NCBI GenBank assembly: GCA_943359365.1
Contig: CALRHG010000001.1
Location: 1-62,813 of the forward strand
DNA: 62,813 nucleotides
Origin: Candidatus Nomurabacteria bacterium
GTDB lineage: Bacteria > Patescibacteriota > Minisyncoccia > Phycocordibacterales > UBA9973
Direction of reading: 5' to 3'
The notes under the pieces were generated by a model, which worked only from the letters and a program-made list of their open reading frames with translations, was not told where the DNA came from and did no database searches. Positions 1 to 9,256 of this stretch are shown piece by piece. A program made the translations under genes and the position numbers. The first letter of the stretch is position 1. Each line of letters begins with the position of its first letter.

Positions 1-123
1 TCCATCGAACGCGGGCTCGAAGTGATGAATGCCGACGAATATCTGGAAATTACCCCGAAATCAGTCCGTCTTCGCAAGAAATATTTAACCGAGCTTGATA
101 GAAAAAAACATTTTAGTCAATAA
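1..123 (+). CDS. typA: 3' end of translational GTPase TypA/BipA (partial, start outside window)
   Basis: Frame 1 is open from base 1 to TAA 121-123. The tail ..ADEYLEITPKSVRLRKKYL.. matches the conserved BipA C-terminus as I remember it. Confidence 0.6.
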   Translation, partial: SIERGLEVMNADEYLEITPKSVRLRKKYLTELDRKKHFSQ

Positions 124-128
124 AAATT

Positions 129-1157
129 ATGTCAACAATATCATTCAAACCGCAAAAAGTAACCAAGAGAATAACCTCGCAATTGGCTACGCGCGCGTCT
201 GATGTCATCATGAACCGCTTTGGGCTCACGACTGACGGCAAAAGGAAGACTCTCGAAGAAATCGGCAAGAAATACAACATCACAAGGGAGCGTGTTCGCC
301 AAGTTGAAGATGTGGCTCTGAATTCTATTAAAAAGTCTGATGTCTACAAGGGAGAACAGGCGGTTTTTGACGAGTTGAAAGTGTTAGTAAATAAGCTGGG
401 CTCTATTGTCGCCGAACACGAGCTTTTGGCCCACATTTCCAAAGACAAAGCGACTCAGAACCATATTCATTTTTTCTTGGTGCTGTCCGACGCTTTTAAA
501 AAGCACCGCGAGGACGATCATTTTCATGCTCGATGGAGTGTGGACGACCAGATTACCGAAAAAGTGCATGAAACTCTCAAAAAACTTTATGCCGGTTTGA
601 ATGATGAAGACCTTGTAACTGAGGCGGAAATGATCAAGAAATTTTTTGAACACATGAAGGAAGTGTCGGAGGAATACAAAAATGAAGAAATAGCGCGAAG
701 GTGGCTTTCTATGTCTAAAACTGTTTCCAAAAATCCTCTCGGCGAATGGGGCAAGGCATCGTCTCCAAATATTCGTACTCGCGGGGTCAAAGACTACGCG
801 TACCTAGTTATGAGAAAGAGCGGCTCGCCGATGCATTTCAAAGAAGTAGCAGACGCCATTTCCAAAACTTTCGATAAAAAAATTCACTATGCTACCTGCC
901 ACAACGAACTGATCAAAGATCCTAGATTCGTGCTAGTGGGCAGGGGGATGTACGCTCTCGCCGAATGGGGTTACAAGAAAGGCATCGCCCGCGAAGTTAT
1001 CGCGGACATTTTAAAGCGCGAAGGCCCGCTTTCGAAAGATGAGGTAATCAAAAGAGTTAACAAAGAAAGATATTTCAAAACTAATACTATTTTAGTTAAT
1101 CTAGTAAATCCAAAGTACTTCAAGAAAAACAAAACCGGACAATATAGTACGGTGTAG
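129..1157 (+). CDS. DNA-binding protein with a sigma-70 region-4-like HTH and a C-terminal HARE-HTH-like domain
   Basis: TLEEIGKKYNITRERVRQVEDVALNSIKK resembles sigma-70 region 4. SPMHFKEVADAI...DPRFVLVGRGMYALAEWGY resembles the HARE-HTH of RpoE-delta type proteins. Confidence 0.5.
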   Translation: MSTISFKPQKVTKRITSQLATRASDVIMNRFGLTTDGKRKTLEEIGKKYNITRERVRQVEDVALNSIKKSDVYKGEQAVFDELKVLVNKLGSIVAEHELLAHISKDKATQNHIHFFLVLSDAFKKHREDDHFHARWSVDDQITEKVHETLKKLYAGLNDEDLVTEAEMIKKFFEHMKEVSEEYKNEEIARRWLSMSKTVSKNPLGEWGKASSPNIRTRGVKDYAYLVMRKSGSPMHFKEVADAISKTFDKKIHYATCHNELIKDPRFVLVGRGMYALAEWGYKKGIAREVIADILKREGPLSKDEVIKRVNKERYFKTNTILVNLVNPKYFKKNKTGQYSTV

Positions 1158-1166
1158 CATAATTTT

Positions 1167-1250
1167 CTCCTCACCCCGTCTGCTGCTGCATCCACCCCTC
1201 TCCATAAAATTTTTATGGAGAGGGGGAAAAGGGGTGAGGGAGGGGTCTCG
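1167..1250 (+). terminator. GC-rich nested palindromic element acting as a probable intrinsic terminator
   Basis: Outer arms CCTCACCCC (1169-1177) / GGGGTGAGG (1231-1239). Inner arms CCCCTCTCCATAAAA (1195-1209) / TTTTATGGAGAGGGG (1211-1225). A T-rich tract follows. Confidence 0.6.
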
Positions 1251-1286
1251 CTTTGTTTTTTGGTGTTTTTGTATTAAAATGGAAGC

Positions 1287-2585
1287 ATGCTGGAAGATTT
1301 CATTTTTTCTATCTACAAAATTTTCATGTGGCTTTTGCCGCTTTTTGCAATCATACTTCTCGGCCGCGTTGCTTGGATCTGGTGGATTCATTATATTCAG
1401 GAGGATTTCATTTCCGGCATTGATTTCGTCTTGCTGGAAATAATCCCTCCGAGGGAAGTTTTGCGCAGTCCGAAAGCCATGGAACTTTTTATATCCAATT
1501 CCATGTATCTGCACAGCTGGAAAGGCGGACTGGAGGAATACTGGCAGGGAGCGGTCTGGTTTTGGTTTTCCTTGGAGATCGTTTCCATTGACGGACAGGT
1601 GCATTTTTATATTCGCACGCCGACTCGTGTCCGGAGCCTGATCGAGACGCAGATGTATGCGCAGTATCCGCAGTCACAAGTCAAAGCCGTGGAAGACTAC
1701 ACTTTGGCAGTCGACGAAATAACTCCAAAAAGCGATTGGAATGCCTGGGGATGTGAACTTCAATTGGATAAACATGAAGCATTTCCCTTAAAAACTTATG
1801 TTGATTTTGGACTGGATAAAGACCCGAAAGAAGAATTTAAAGTTGACCCCATTTCTCCGGTGGTGGAGCTTTTCGCTTCCATGAAAAAAGGCGAGCAAAT
1901 GTGGATGCAGATTATTATTACGCCAATGAAGCGAGAGTACCGCACCAAGGGCACTTGGTTTAAGACCCATGATTGGATAACGGAAGCGAGATTACAAATA
2001 GAGAAATTGCTTAAGCCTTATACTATCATGAGGGAAGACACCTCACATAAGGGAACATACGGTCGTGAAATCCGCGCTCCGGGATTTTTGGAAGGTACTG
2101 TCAAAGGAGTAGCCGCCAAAACCGCCAAATTGGGTTTTGATACAGGCATCAGGCTGATGTATGTCGCTAAAAAAGAAGTGTTCAACCGAAACCAAGCCCG
2201 TGATTTGCGTACCGTCTGGCGCCAATATGCGAAGCCTGACTGCAACCAGCTGGAACGTAAAAACAATACTCAAGCCGATGCTTACGGCGGAGTGTTTTTG
2301 ATTTCGCCAAAGACAGTCATGCAGTTGGCCAACAGAATGTTCCATGAATACAGAGAGCGGTCTTTTTTTCATACCACCATGCGCCGACATGTTCTTTCCA
2401 TAGATAACATTCCTTGGCCGTTCACATCAGCGTTCTATCCTTTATACAAACCTCACAAGACTTACTGTTTAAATGTGGAGGAGCTCGCAACTCTCTGGCA
2501 CTTCCCAGGTCTGATTTTGAAAGTGCCTACGCTCGAGCGCATCGAGTCCAAAGAAGCTTCTCCGCCTAATAATTTGCCGATGTAG
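1287..2585 (+). CDS. membrane-anchored protein of unknown function
   Basis: 432-aa ORF with a hydrophobic N-terminal segment (IFMWLLPLFAIILLGRVAWIWWI). I recognised no catalytic motif. Confidence 0.6.
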   Translation: MLEDFIFSIYKIFMWLLPLFAIILLGRVAWIWWIHYIQEDFISGIDFVLLEIIPPREVLRSPKAMELFISNSMYLHSWKGGLEEYWQGAVWFWFSLEIVSIDGQVHFYIRTPTRVRSLIETQMYAQYPQSQVKAVEDYTLAVDEITPKSDWNAWGCELQLDKHEAFPLKTYVDFGLDKDPKEEFKVDPISPVVELFASMKKGEQMWMQIIITPMKREYRTKGTWFKTHDWITEARLQIEKLLKPYTIMREDTSHKGTYGREIRAPGFLEGTVKGVAAKTAKLGFDTGIRLMYVAKKEVFNRNQARDLRTVWRQYAKPDCNQLERKNNTQADAYGGVFLISPKTVMQLANRMFHEYRERSFFHTTMRRHVLSIDNIPWPFTSAFYPLYKPHKTYCLNVEELATLWHFPGLILKVPTLERIESKEASPPNNLPM

Positions 2586-2589
2586 CTAT

Positions 2590-3483
2590 ATGATGCAGAA
2601 AAGAAAAATTTTTTACGCGCTTCGCATACTTACTTTTTTATTTCTTTTTTACTCTTTCTTTTTAAGTACGCCGGCAGATTTTCCCGCTGAAACTATCTTT
2701 CAGATAAAGCAGGGAGACAGCTTGCGCGGAGTATCTTTAAGGCTGAAAAATGCTCATATTATACGCTCTCGTCTGGCATTTGAGGCTTTTGTCATACTCT
2801 TTGGCAGGGAGAAAGGCGTGGTGTCGGCGGATTATTATTTTGAAAATAAGCTATCGGTCTGGAACGTCGCCAAGCGCATTTCAAAAGGCGAACATCATAT
2901 GGCGCCGATCGCAGTCACTATTCCGGAAGGTTTTGATACGCTAGAAATTGCGGACACTTTTACTTCCAAATTGATAAATTTTAATAAAAGTAAATTTTTG
3001 CTGAAGGCGTCTGATCTAGAAGGTAGCCTTTTTCCGGACACTTATTTTTTCTTTAGGACGGATACCGAAGAGAGCGTGCTTGCCTCCATGAAAGAAAATT
3101 TCAATAAGAAAATGAAAATTCTTCGTCCTCTGATTGAAGCGCAAGCCTTGACCACCAAGAGAACAGAGAAAGAAATTCTAGTTATGGCGTCGATTATTGA
3201 AAAAGAAGCAAAAGGAGATGCTGACAGAGAATTTATTTCCGGAATTTTATGGAAAAGGCGCGATATCGGCATGCCTCTTCAGGCGGACGCTGCGCCGGAG
3301 ACTTACAAAGTAAAAGGTTTGCCTAAAAGCCCGATTTGTAATCCGGGCCTGGCTGCTATAAAAGCGGCTATTCATCCGCAAAAGTCATCTTATCTTTATT
3401 ATTTGCACGACAAGAAAGGCGGCATTCATTATGCTAAAAGTTTTACTGAACACTTGCAGAATATACAAAAGTACCTAAGATAA
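2590..3483 (+). CDS. mltG: endolytic murein transglycosylase MltG (YceG family)
   Basis: N-terminal TM segment, LVMASIIEKEA motif, and a C-terminal ...KGLPKSPICNPG... region typical of YceG/MltG. Confidence 0.85.
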   Translation: MMQKRKIFYALRILTFLFLFYSFFLSTPADFPAETIFQIKQGDSLRGVSLRLKNAHIIRSRLAFEAFVILFGREKGVVSADYYFENKLSVWNVAKRISKGEHHMAPIAVTIPEGFDTLEIADTFTSKLINFNKSKFLLKASDLEGSLFPDTYFFFRTDTEESVLASMKENFNKKMKILRPLIEAQALTTKRTEKEILVMASIIEKEAKGDADREFISGILWKRRDIGMPLQADAAPETYKVKGLPKSPICNPGLAAIKAAIHPQKSSYLYYLHDKKGGIHYAKSFTEHLQNIQKYLR

Positions 3484-3487
3484 GTTT

Positions 3488-4591
3488 ATGCGAGGCAAAA
3501 TATCAAAAGTTGTATTTGTGGGTCTCTCCGGGGGCGTAGACAGCGCTGTCTCCGCGGCGTTACTTCAAAAAGCCGGCTACGACGTCGTCGGGGTTTTTAT
3601 CAAGACCTGGCATCCGGACTTTTTGGAGTGCAATGAGGAAGAAGAGCGGCATGATGCCATGCGTGTGGCCGCGCATTTGGATATCCCATTTCTTACTTTC
3701 GACCTCGAAGATGTTTACAAAAAAGAAGTGGCGGATTATATGATTCGCGAATACAAAGCGGGCCGGACGCCGAATCCGGATGTGATGTGCAACAAGGAAG
3801 TAAAGTTCGGAGCGTTCCTAAAAAAAGCTCTCGTTATGGATGCGGATTATGTCGCGACGGGACACTACACAAACCTCACCCCTAGCCCCTCTCCTCTTCA
3901 GGAGAGGGTGGCAGAAGGCCGGGTGAGGTTGAGTAAAGGCGTCGATCTCTCAAAAGATCAAACTTACTTCTTGTGGACTCTCACACAAAAACAATTAAGC
4001 AAGATTTTGTTTCCTGTCGGGCATCTGAAAAAGACTGAAGTCCGCAAGCTCGCGAAAAAATTTAATCTGCCGGTCGCGCAAAAAAAAGACAGTCAGGGTA
4101 TCTGCTTTCTGGGTGCAGTAGATTTGAAGGAATTTCTGAAGCACTATATTAAAGAAAAAAGGGGAAAAGTTTTAAATACTGAGGGAGAACAAATCGGCTA
4201 TCACTCCGGCGTGGTTTTTCACACGCTTGGGGAACGGCATGGTTTTACGATTACCAAGAAGAACCCAAATGATGGAGCTTATTATGTTGTTAAGAAAGAT
4301 TTAAAGAAAAATATTTTGATAGTGTCGCAGAATTCTCTCCCCCCTGATAAGGGGGGGTTAAGGGGGGTTGAATTAAAAAACACCAACTGGATTTCCCAAA
4401 CCCCAGATCCAAATAAAACCTACACCGCCCAAATCCGTTACCACGGGGAGTTTTTACCCTGCAAGATAAAATGTTCAACCCTCAGGGTTGCACAGGTTAT
4501 TTTTACCAAGCCTGTCGTGGTCGCCCCGGGGCAGTCTTGCGTCATATATGATAGAGACATTTGTCTCGGCGGGGGAGTTGTTGTACAATAG
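3488..4591 (+). CDS. mnmA: tRNA-specific 2-thiouridylase MnmA
   Basis: PP-loop VGLSGGVDSAVSA, plus ATGHY and KDQTYFLW motifs. Confidence 0.9.
   Translation: MRGKISKVVFVGLSGGVDSAVSAALLQKAGYDVVGVFIKTWHPDFLECNEEEERHDAMRVAAHLDIPFLTFDLEDVYKKEVADYMIREYKAGRTPNPDVMCNKEVKFGAFLKKALVMDADYVATGHYTNLTPSPSPLQERVAEGRVRLSKGVDLSKDQTYFLWTLTQKQLSKILFPVGHLKKTEVRKLAKKFNLPVAQKKDSQGICFLGAVDLKEFLKHYIKEKRGKVLNTEGEQIGYHSGVVFHTLGERHGFTITKKNPNDGAYYVVKKDLKKNILIVSQNSLPPDKGGLRGVELKNTNWISQTPDPNKTYTAQIRYHGEFLPCKIKCSTLRVAQVIFTKPVVVAPGQSCVIYDRDICLGGGVVVQ
3874..3928 (+). repeat. GC-rich nested palindromic element inserted in-frame in mnmA
   Basis: CCTCACCCC-TAG-CCCCTCTCC-TCTTCA-GGAGAGGG-...-GGGTGAGG has the same arm sequences as the intergenic element at 1167-1245. 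It is translated as LTPSPSPLQERVAEGRVR in a variable loop after ATGHY. Confidence 0.6.
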
Positions 4592-4594
4592 GGC

Positions 4595-5062
4595 ATGTCT
4601 CAATTTTTAGCGGAAAATAGCGATTTAATTTTAAAATTAATAGTGGCAGTAGGTCTTGGAATGCTAATAGGCGCGGAGAGGCTTTTTGTACACAAGGAGG
4701 CTGGTATGAAGACGCATGCGTTGGTGGCTCTTGGTTCAGCCGTTTTTGTGATTATTTCGGAAATGATAGCCGTAAAATATTCTAATATCGAAGGATTCGA
4801 TCCCACCAGAATCGCTTCGCAAGTAATCGTCGGCATCGGATTTTTGGGCGCCGGTTCGATTATGCTTCAGGGTTCTCGCCTGAAAGGGCTTTCTACAGCG
4901 GGTGGACTTTGGGTTACGGCTGGCATCGGTCTCGCCGCCGGATTTGGATTTTTTGGGCTTGCGCTCGTCGCCACTATTTTAGTACTTATGATTTTCATGC
5001 TTCTAAATATTATCGAAAAGCCAATCAGGAAAATTTCTGACCAGATAGACGGAGAGAGATAA
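4595..5062 (+). CDS. MgtC/SapB family membrane protein
   Basis: GAERLFVHKEAGMKTHALVALGSAVF motif and 4-5 hydrophobic helices. Confidence 0.75.
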   Translation: MSQFLAENSDLILKLIVAVGLGMLIGAERLFVHKEAGMKTHALVALGSAVFVIISEMIAVKYSNIEGFDPTRIASQVIVGIGFLGAGSIMLQGSRLKGLSTAGGLWVTAGIGLAAGFGFFGLALVATILVLMIFMLLNIIEKPIRKISDQIDGER

Positions 5063-5093
5063 GAGAGATAAAAATAACTAACCGAAAAAATCT

Positions 5094-6734
5094 ATGCAGT
5101 CAGACGAAATAAGATCAAGATTCTTAAAGTTTTTCGAAAAGCGGGGGCACAAGGTGATTCCTTCTTCTTCGCTTGTGCCGGGGGATCCGACGGTTTTATT
5201 TACGACCGCCGGCATGCAGCAATTCAAGCCTTACTATACTGCTCCGGACAATGCCATTCGCGATTTCGGCACAAAAAATACAACCTCTTCGCAAAAATGC
5301 GTCCGTACCGTAGACATAGACGAAGTCGGCGACTCGACGCACCTGACTTTTTTTGAGATGCTCGGAAATTTTTCTTTTGGCGGCTATGGACGGAAGGAAG
5401 CTATTACATATGCACATGAATTTATCACCAAAGAATTAGGGCTCGAAATTTCCTACGTCACTTTTTACAAAGGCGAAGGGGTTGTGCCGAGAGACGAAGC
5501 ATCTAGGGACATCTGGGCTGGGCTCGGAGTGAAAGAAATTCGAGAAGACGGACCGGATGTTTTTTGGGGACCGACGGGGGACTCGGGTCCGTGCGGTCCG
5601 ACCACGGAAATTTATTGCAAAAATGCCGCAGGGCAGGATGTGGAAATTTGGAATATAGTTTTCAATGAATATTTCTGTGAAGGCTCTCGCGAGAAGTTGG
5701 ACAAAGGCGAGGCGAAGTTGAAAAAACTCGATGTGCTGGGCATTGATACGGGAATGGGTTTGGAGCGTCTGCTCGCGACCGTGCAAAAAAAGAAAAATGT
5801 CTACGAGACGGATGTTTTTGACAATGAAGCTACAAAAGAAGAGCGCATCGTGGCTGACCATATCAAGACCTCTCTTTTTATGATTACGGACGGCGTGCTG
5901 CCGGCCAACACCGGGCGGGGGTATATCTTGCGCAGATTAATCAGGCGGGCAGTCAGATTTTCCAAGCAGCCTTTGGCAAAACAAATTGAAAAAGTAAAAA
6001 AAGTTTATAAAAATGTATACGTTCTCGATGATAAAGGAGAAATTTCGAAAGAAGAAAATAAATTCAGGCAGACTTTGGAACATGGATTGAAGGAGATGGA
6101 GAAAGGTACGGACCCGTTTGTACTTTTTACTACATACGGATTTCCGATAGAGCTTACTCTAGAACTCGCAAAAGAGAAGGGAAAGAAAATAGACCTAGAA
6201 GATTTCAATAAAAAAATGGTGGAACATCAGAAACTTTCGCAGACTTCTTCTGCCGGCATGTTCAAGGGAGGACTCGCGAATCATAATGAAAAAACTGTTC
6301 GGCTGCACACAGCGCATCACTTGTTACTTGCCGGATTACAGGCGATTGTCGATAAAAATATAAAGCAAAGAGGAAGTAATATCACTGAAGAAAGATTGCG
6401 TATAGATTTTCTTTGCGATCACAAGCTGACCGATGAAGAGAAAAAAAGAACAGAAGACTGGGTCAATGATAAAATAAAATCAGGACTCAATGTCGTGCGG
6501 AAAGAAATGCCTCTCATGGAGGCGCAGATGCTCGGCGCAGAGATGGAATTCGGCGCGAAGTATCCGGAGACGGTTTCTGTTTACTTTATCGAGGACAAAG
6601 ACAGCAACCCTATTTCTAAAGAATTCTGTGGAGGGCCGCATATTTCAAATACCAAAGAACTAGGCCAATTCAAAATCCAAAAAGAAGAAGCCGTAGCGCA
6701 GGGGATTCGACGTATCAAAGCGGTGCTTTTGTGA
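5094..6734 (+). CDS. alaS: alanine--tRNA ligase, compact form (546 aa)
   Basis: FLKFFEKRGHKVIPSSSLVP..DPTVLFTTAGMQQFKP, GMGLERL, and the editing motifs HTAHHLL and CGGPH. The ORF ends directly after the editing core. Confidence 0.9.
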   Translation: MQSDEIRSRFLKFFEKRGHKVIPSSSLVPGDPTVLFTTAGMQQFKPYYTAPDNAIRDFGTKNTTSSQKCVRTVDIDEVGDSTHLTFFEMLGNFSFGGYGRKEAITYAHEFITKELGLEISYVTFYKGEGVVPRDEASRDIWAGLGVKEIREDGPDVFWGPTGDSGPCGPTTEIYCKNAAGQDVEIWNIVFNEYFCEGSREKLDKGEAKLKKLDVLGIDTGMGLERLLATVQKKKNVYETDVFDNEATKEERIVADHIKTSLFMITDGVLPANTGRGYILRRLIRRAVRFSKQPLAKQIEKVKKVYKNVYVLDDKGEISKEENKFRQTLEHGLKEMEKGTDPFVLFTTYGFPIELTLELAKEKGKKIDLEDFNKKMVEHQKLSQTSSAGMFKGGLANHNEKTVRLHTAHHLLLAGLQAIVDKNIKQRGSNITEERLRIDFLCDHKLTDEEKKRTEDWVNDKIKSGLNVVRKEMPLMEAQMLGAEMEFGAKYPETVSVYFIEDKDSNPISKEFCGGPHISNTKELGQFKIQKEEAVAQGIRRIKAVLL

Positions 6735-6749
6735 TACAATAAATAGGTA

Positions 6750-7952
6750 ATGAGTATTTTTTCGTGGAACAAAAAGAAAGATAAACTAGTGCTGGTTTTT
6801 GACATTAAATCTTCTTCTGTCGGGGCGGCGCTTTTTTGGACACAGGCGAATGGAGTTCCTAAAATAGTTTTTTCCGTTCGCGAGCAGATAGCCGTGCCCG
6901 AAGTTATCGAAGCCAATCAATTCCTGACTGCGGCGCTCAAATCTCTAGAAGTTGTCGCCGCTAGGGCGCATCGCTCGGGTATCGGCGCTCCGTCGAAAAT
7001 CTTTTGCATTCTGTCTCCGCTCCTGTATGTTTCTCAAACTAGAATTATAGAACTTAAAAAAAATACACCTTTTTTGTTTACGAGCAAGCTGGCGGACAGC
7101 TTGATTCAAAAAGAAATAGATCTCTTCAAAGAGGAGCATTTAGAAAAATATATGCGTTCCGGGTCGCCGGTTAGATTGATTGAGTTAAAAAATATTAAGA
7201 CGATGTTGAATGGATATGAGACATCTGATCCTCTAAATCAAAAGACAGAGGAGCTGGAGATGACCATCTTTTTGTCAATGAGCGCAGAACAGATATTAGG
7301 AAAAATAGAAGAGGCGATCAGAAGGGGGCATTTTCATTCTGAAGCTATACAATTTTCTTCTTTTGCTCTGTCTTCTTTTGCAGTAGTGCGTGATATATAC
7401 ACGCACAGCGAAAGTTTTCTTTTGATTAATATTGGCGGAGAAATGACGGATATCTCGATGGTCAAGAAAAACATTTTGCGCGAGTCTGTTTCTTTTCCTC
7501 TGGGTTTTAATTTTATGATACGAGGAATAGCATCTGCTTCCCGTTCATCGCTCGGCGAAGCGAAGTCCATGATTTCTCTATTAAAAGACGGACATGCCAC
7601 AGAATCCGTGGAAAATAATCTGGGACCCGCGTTAGATAAAGTGAAAAAGGAGTGGCTTTCTAAATTTCAGGAGTCTTTATCTAATCTTTCAAATGACATT
7701 TCTGTCCCCGCAACTATTTACTTGGTTGTAGAAAAAGAAATGGAGGCTTTTTTTGCGGAAACAATTAAAACCGAACAATTTAATCAGTACACGCTGACCG
7801 AATCAAAATTCGAAATTATCTCTTTAGGGGCGGAAGTTTTTCACGGCATGGCGTCTTTTGGCGACGGCGTGGCTCGGGACCCCGGGGTAATCATTGATTC
7901 TGTTTTTATCAACCGTTTTTTGATTAATAGAACGGAAAAGAATAAAATATAA
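6750..7952 (+). CDS. actin-like ATPase fold protein (FtsA/PilM-like)
   Basis: Phosphate-1-like LVFDIKSSSVGAA and phosphate-2-like LINIGGEMTDISMV motifs at the spacing expected for FtsA/PilM proteins. Confidence 0.45.
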   Translation: MSIFSWNKKKDKLVLVFDIKSSSVGAALFWTQANGVPKIVFSVREQIAVPEVIEANQFLTAALKSLEVVAARAHRSGIGAPSKIFCILSPLLYVSQTRIIELKKNTPFLFTSKLADSLIQKEIDLFKEEHLEKYMRSGSPVRLIELKNIKTMLNGYETSDPLNQKTEELEMTIFLSMSAEQILGKIEEAIRRGHFHSEAIQFSSFALSSFAVVRDIYTHSESFLLINIGGEMTDISMVKKNILRESVSFPLGFNFMIRGIASASRSSLGEAKSMISLLKDGHATESVENNLGPALDKVKKEWLSKFQESLSNLSNDISVPATIYLVVEKEMEAFFAETIKTEQFNQYTLTESKFEIISLGAEVFHGMASFGDGVARDPGVIIDSVFINRFLINRTEKNKI

Positions 7953-7956
7953 AATT

Positions 7957-9231
7957 ATGCCGAAAAATTTATTACAAGATGTGAAAGTAATAAAACACAA
8001 ACCAGATAGAGCCTTAGACTCTATCCAGATAGAGCGTGTGCCGGAGATGCGAGAAAAAGAAACTTTTCCAAAGAGGGCGCGGCAGAGAGATCATGGCCAC
8101 CGAAGAAGATATATGCTTTGGCTGGTGGCTATTGTTGCTATCATATTTTTCCTTTTCGCTCTTTCCCATTTCTTTTTGAAAGTAGTTATTACCGTCAATC
8201 CAAAAATAGAGGCGGCGGTTCTCGATGAAAATTTGTCTGCGAGCAAGGGTGCGGAAGGAGAGGTGCCTTCTTTTGATTTAATAGTTATTTCCGGAGAAGA
8301 AAGTAAAACAGTGCAGGCTACCGAAGAAAAAGATGTGGCCGAGCGCGCGGAAGGGGTGGCAGTGATTTATAATACTTTTAGTTCAGCTTCCCAGCTGCTG
8401 TCCATTGATACTCGTCTCGAAGGCTCAAACGGCAAGATTTACAAAACCAAGAAGGCTTTAGTTGTGCCGGGAATGAAAGGCAATACTCCGGGGTCTGTCG
8501 AAGTGGGCATTTATGCGGCGGAGCCGGGTATTGAATACAATAGCATTCCGCTTGATTTTACTATTTTTGGTTTTAGGGGAACACCTAAATATTCTAAATT
8601 CTACGCAAGGTCCAAGGGTCCGATAGCCGGCGGCTTTAAAGGGAAATCTCCTTTTATTTCTGATGTTCAAAAAGCTGAGGTGTTAAATGAACTGAAAACA
8701 GCTCTGCAGTCCAAGCTCTTTAAAAAAGCTGCGGATCAGATCCCAAGCGGATTTGTTTTATTCGAAGGAGCGGTTTTTCTGAAGATGGACGATAATTCCG
8801 TTGATTTGACTTCCCCGGAAGACAAAGTACTGCCTTTTAAGCTGAAAGGTACGCTCTATGGAATTCTTTTTGATGGGAATAAGCTCGCGAAAAAAATCGC
8901 AGGAAGTAAAATTAAAGATTATGACGGCAGCCCTGTCTCCATATCGAATGTCCAAGATTTATCCTTTACGCTTGCGGGAGGAGACAACATTTCTTTCGGA
9001 GATGTAAAAAATATAAATTTCAATTTAAAAGGGAGCGCGAAAATTGTTTACACTCTGGACGAAGCAAAATTTAAATCCGATCTTTTAGGAAAATCTAAAA
9101 AAGATTTCGGTAAAATTTTACTGCAGTATCCAAACATTGATTCTGCCGACTTGGACATCAGTCCTTTTTGGAAAATGTCTTTGCCGGACAAATCGAAAGA
9201 CATAAGAGTGATTGTGAATTATCCTAAGTAG
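7957..9231 (+). CDS. bitopic membrane protein, unknown function
   Basis: Basic N-terminal tail, a single TM (YMLWLVAIVAIIFFLFALSHFF) and a large extracytoplasmic domain. It starts 5 nt after the preceding ORF. Confidence 0.5.
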   Translation: MPKNLLQDVKVIKHKPDRALDSIQIERVPEMREKETFPKRARQRDHGHRRRYMLWLVAIVAIIFFLFALSHFFLKVVITVNPKIEAAVLDENLSASKGAEGEVPSFDLIVISGEESKTVQATEEKDVAERAEGVAVIYNTFSSASQLLSIDTRLEGSNGKIYKTKKALVVPGMKGNTPGSVEVGIYAAEPGIEYNSIPLDFTIFGFRGTPKYSKFYARSKGPIAGGFKGKSPFISDVQKAEVLNELKTALQSKLFKKAADQIPSGFVLFEGAVFLKMDDNSVDLTSPEDKVLPFKLKGTLYGILFDGNKLAKKIAGSKIKDYDGSPVSISNVQDLSFTLAGGDNISFGDVKNINFNLKGSAKIVYTLDEAKFKSDLLGKSKKDFGKILLQYPNIDSADLDISPFWKMSLPDKSKDIRVIVNYPK

Positions 9232-9256
9232 TTTTCCACACTTATCGTATTTTTTT

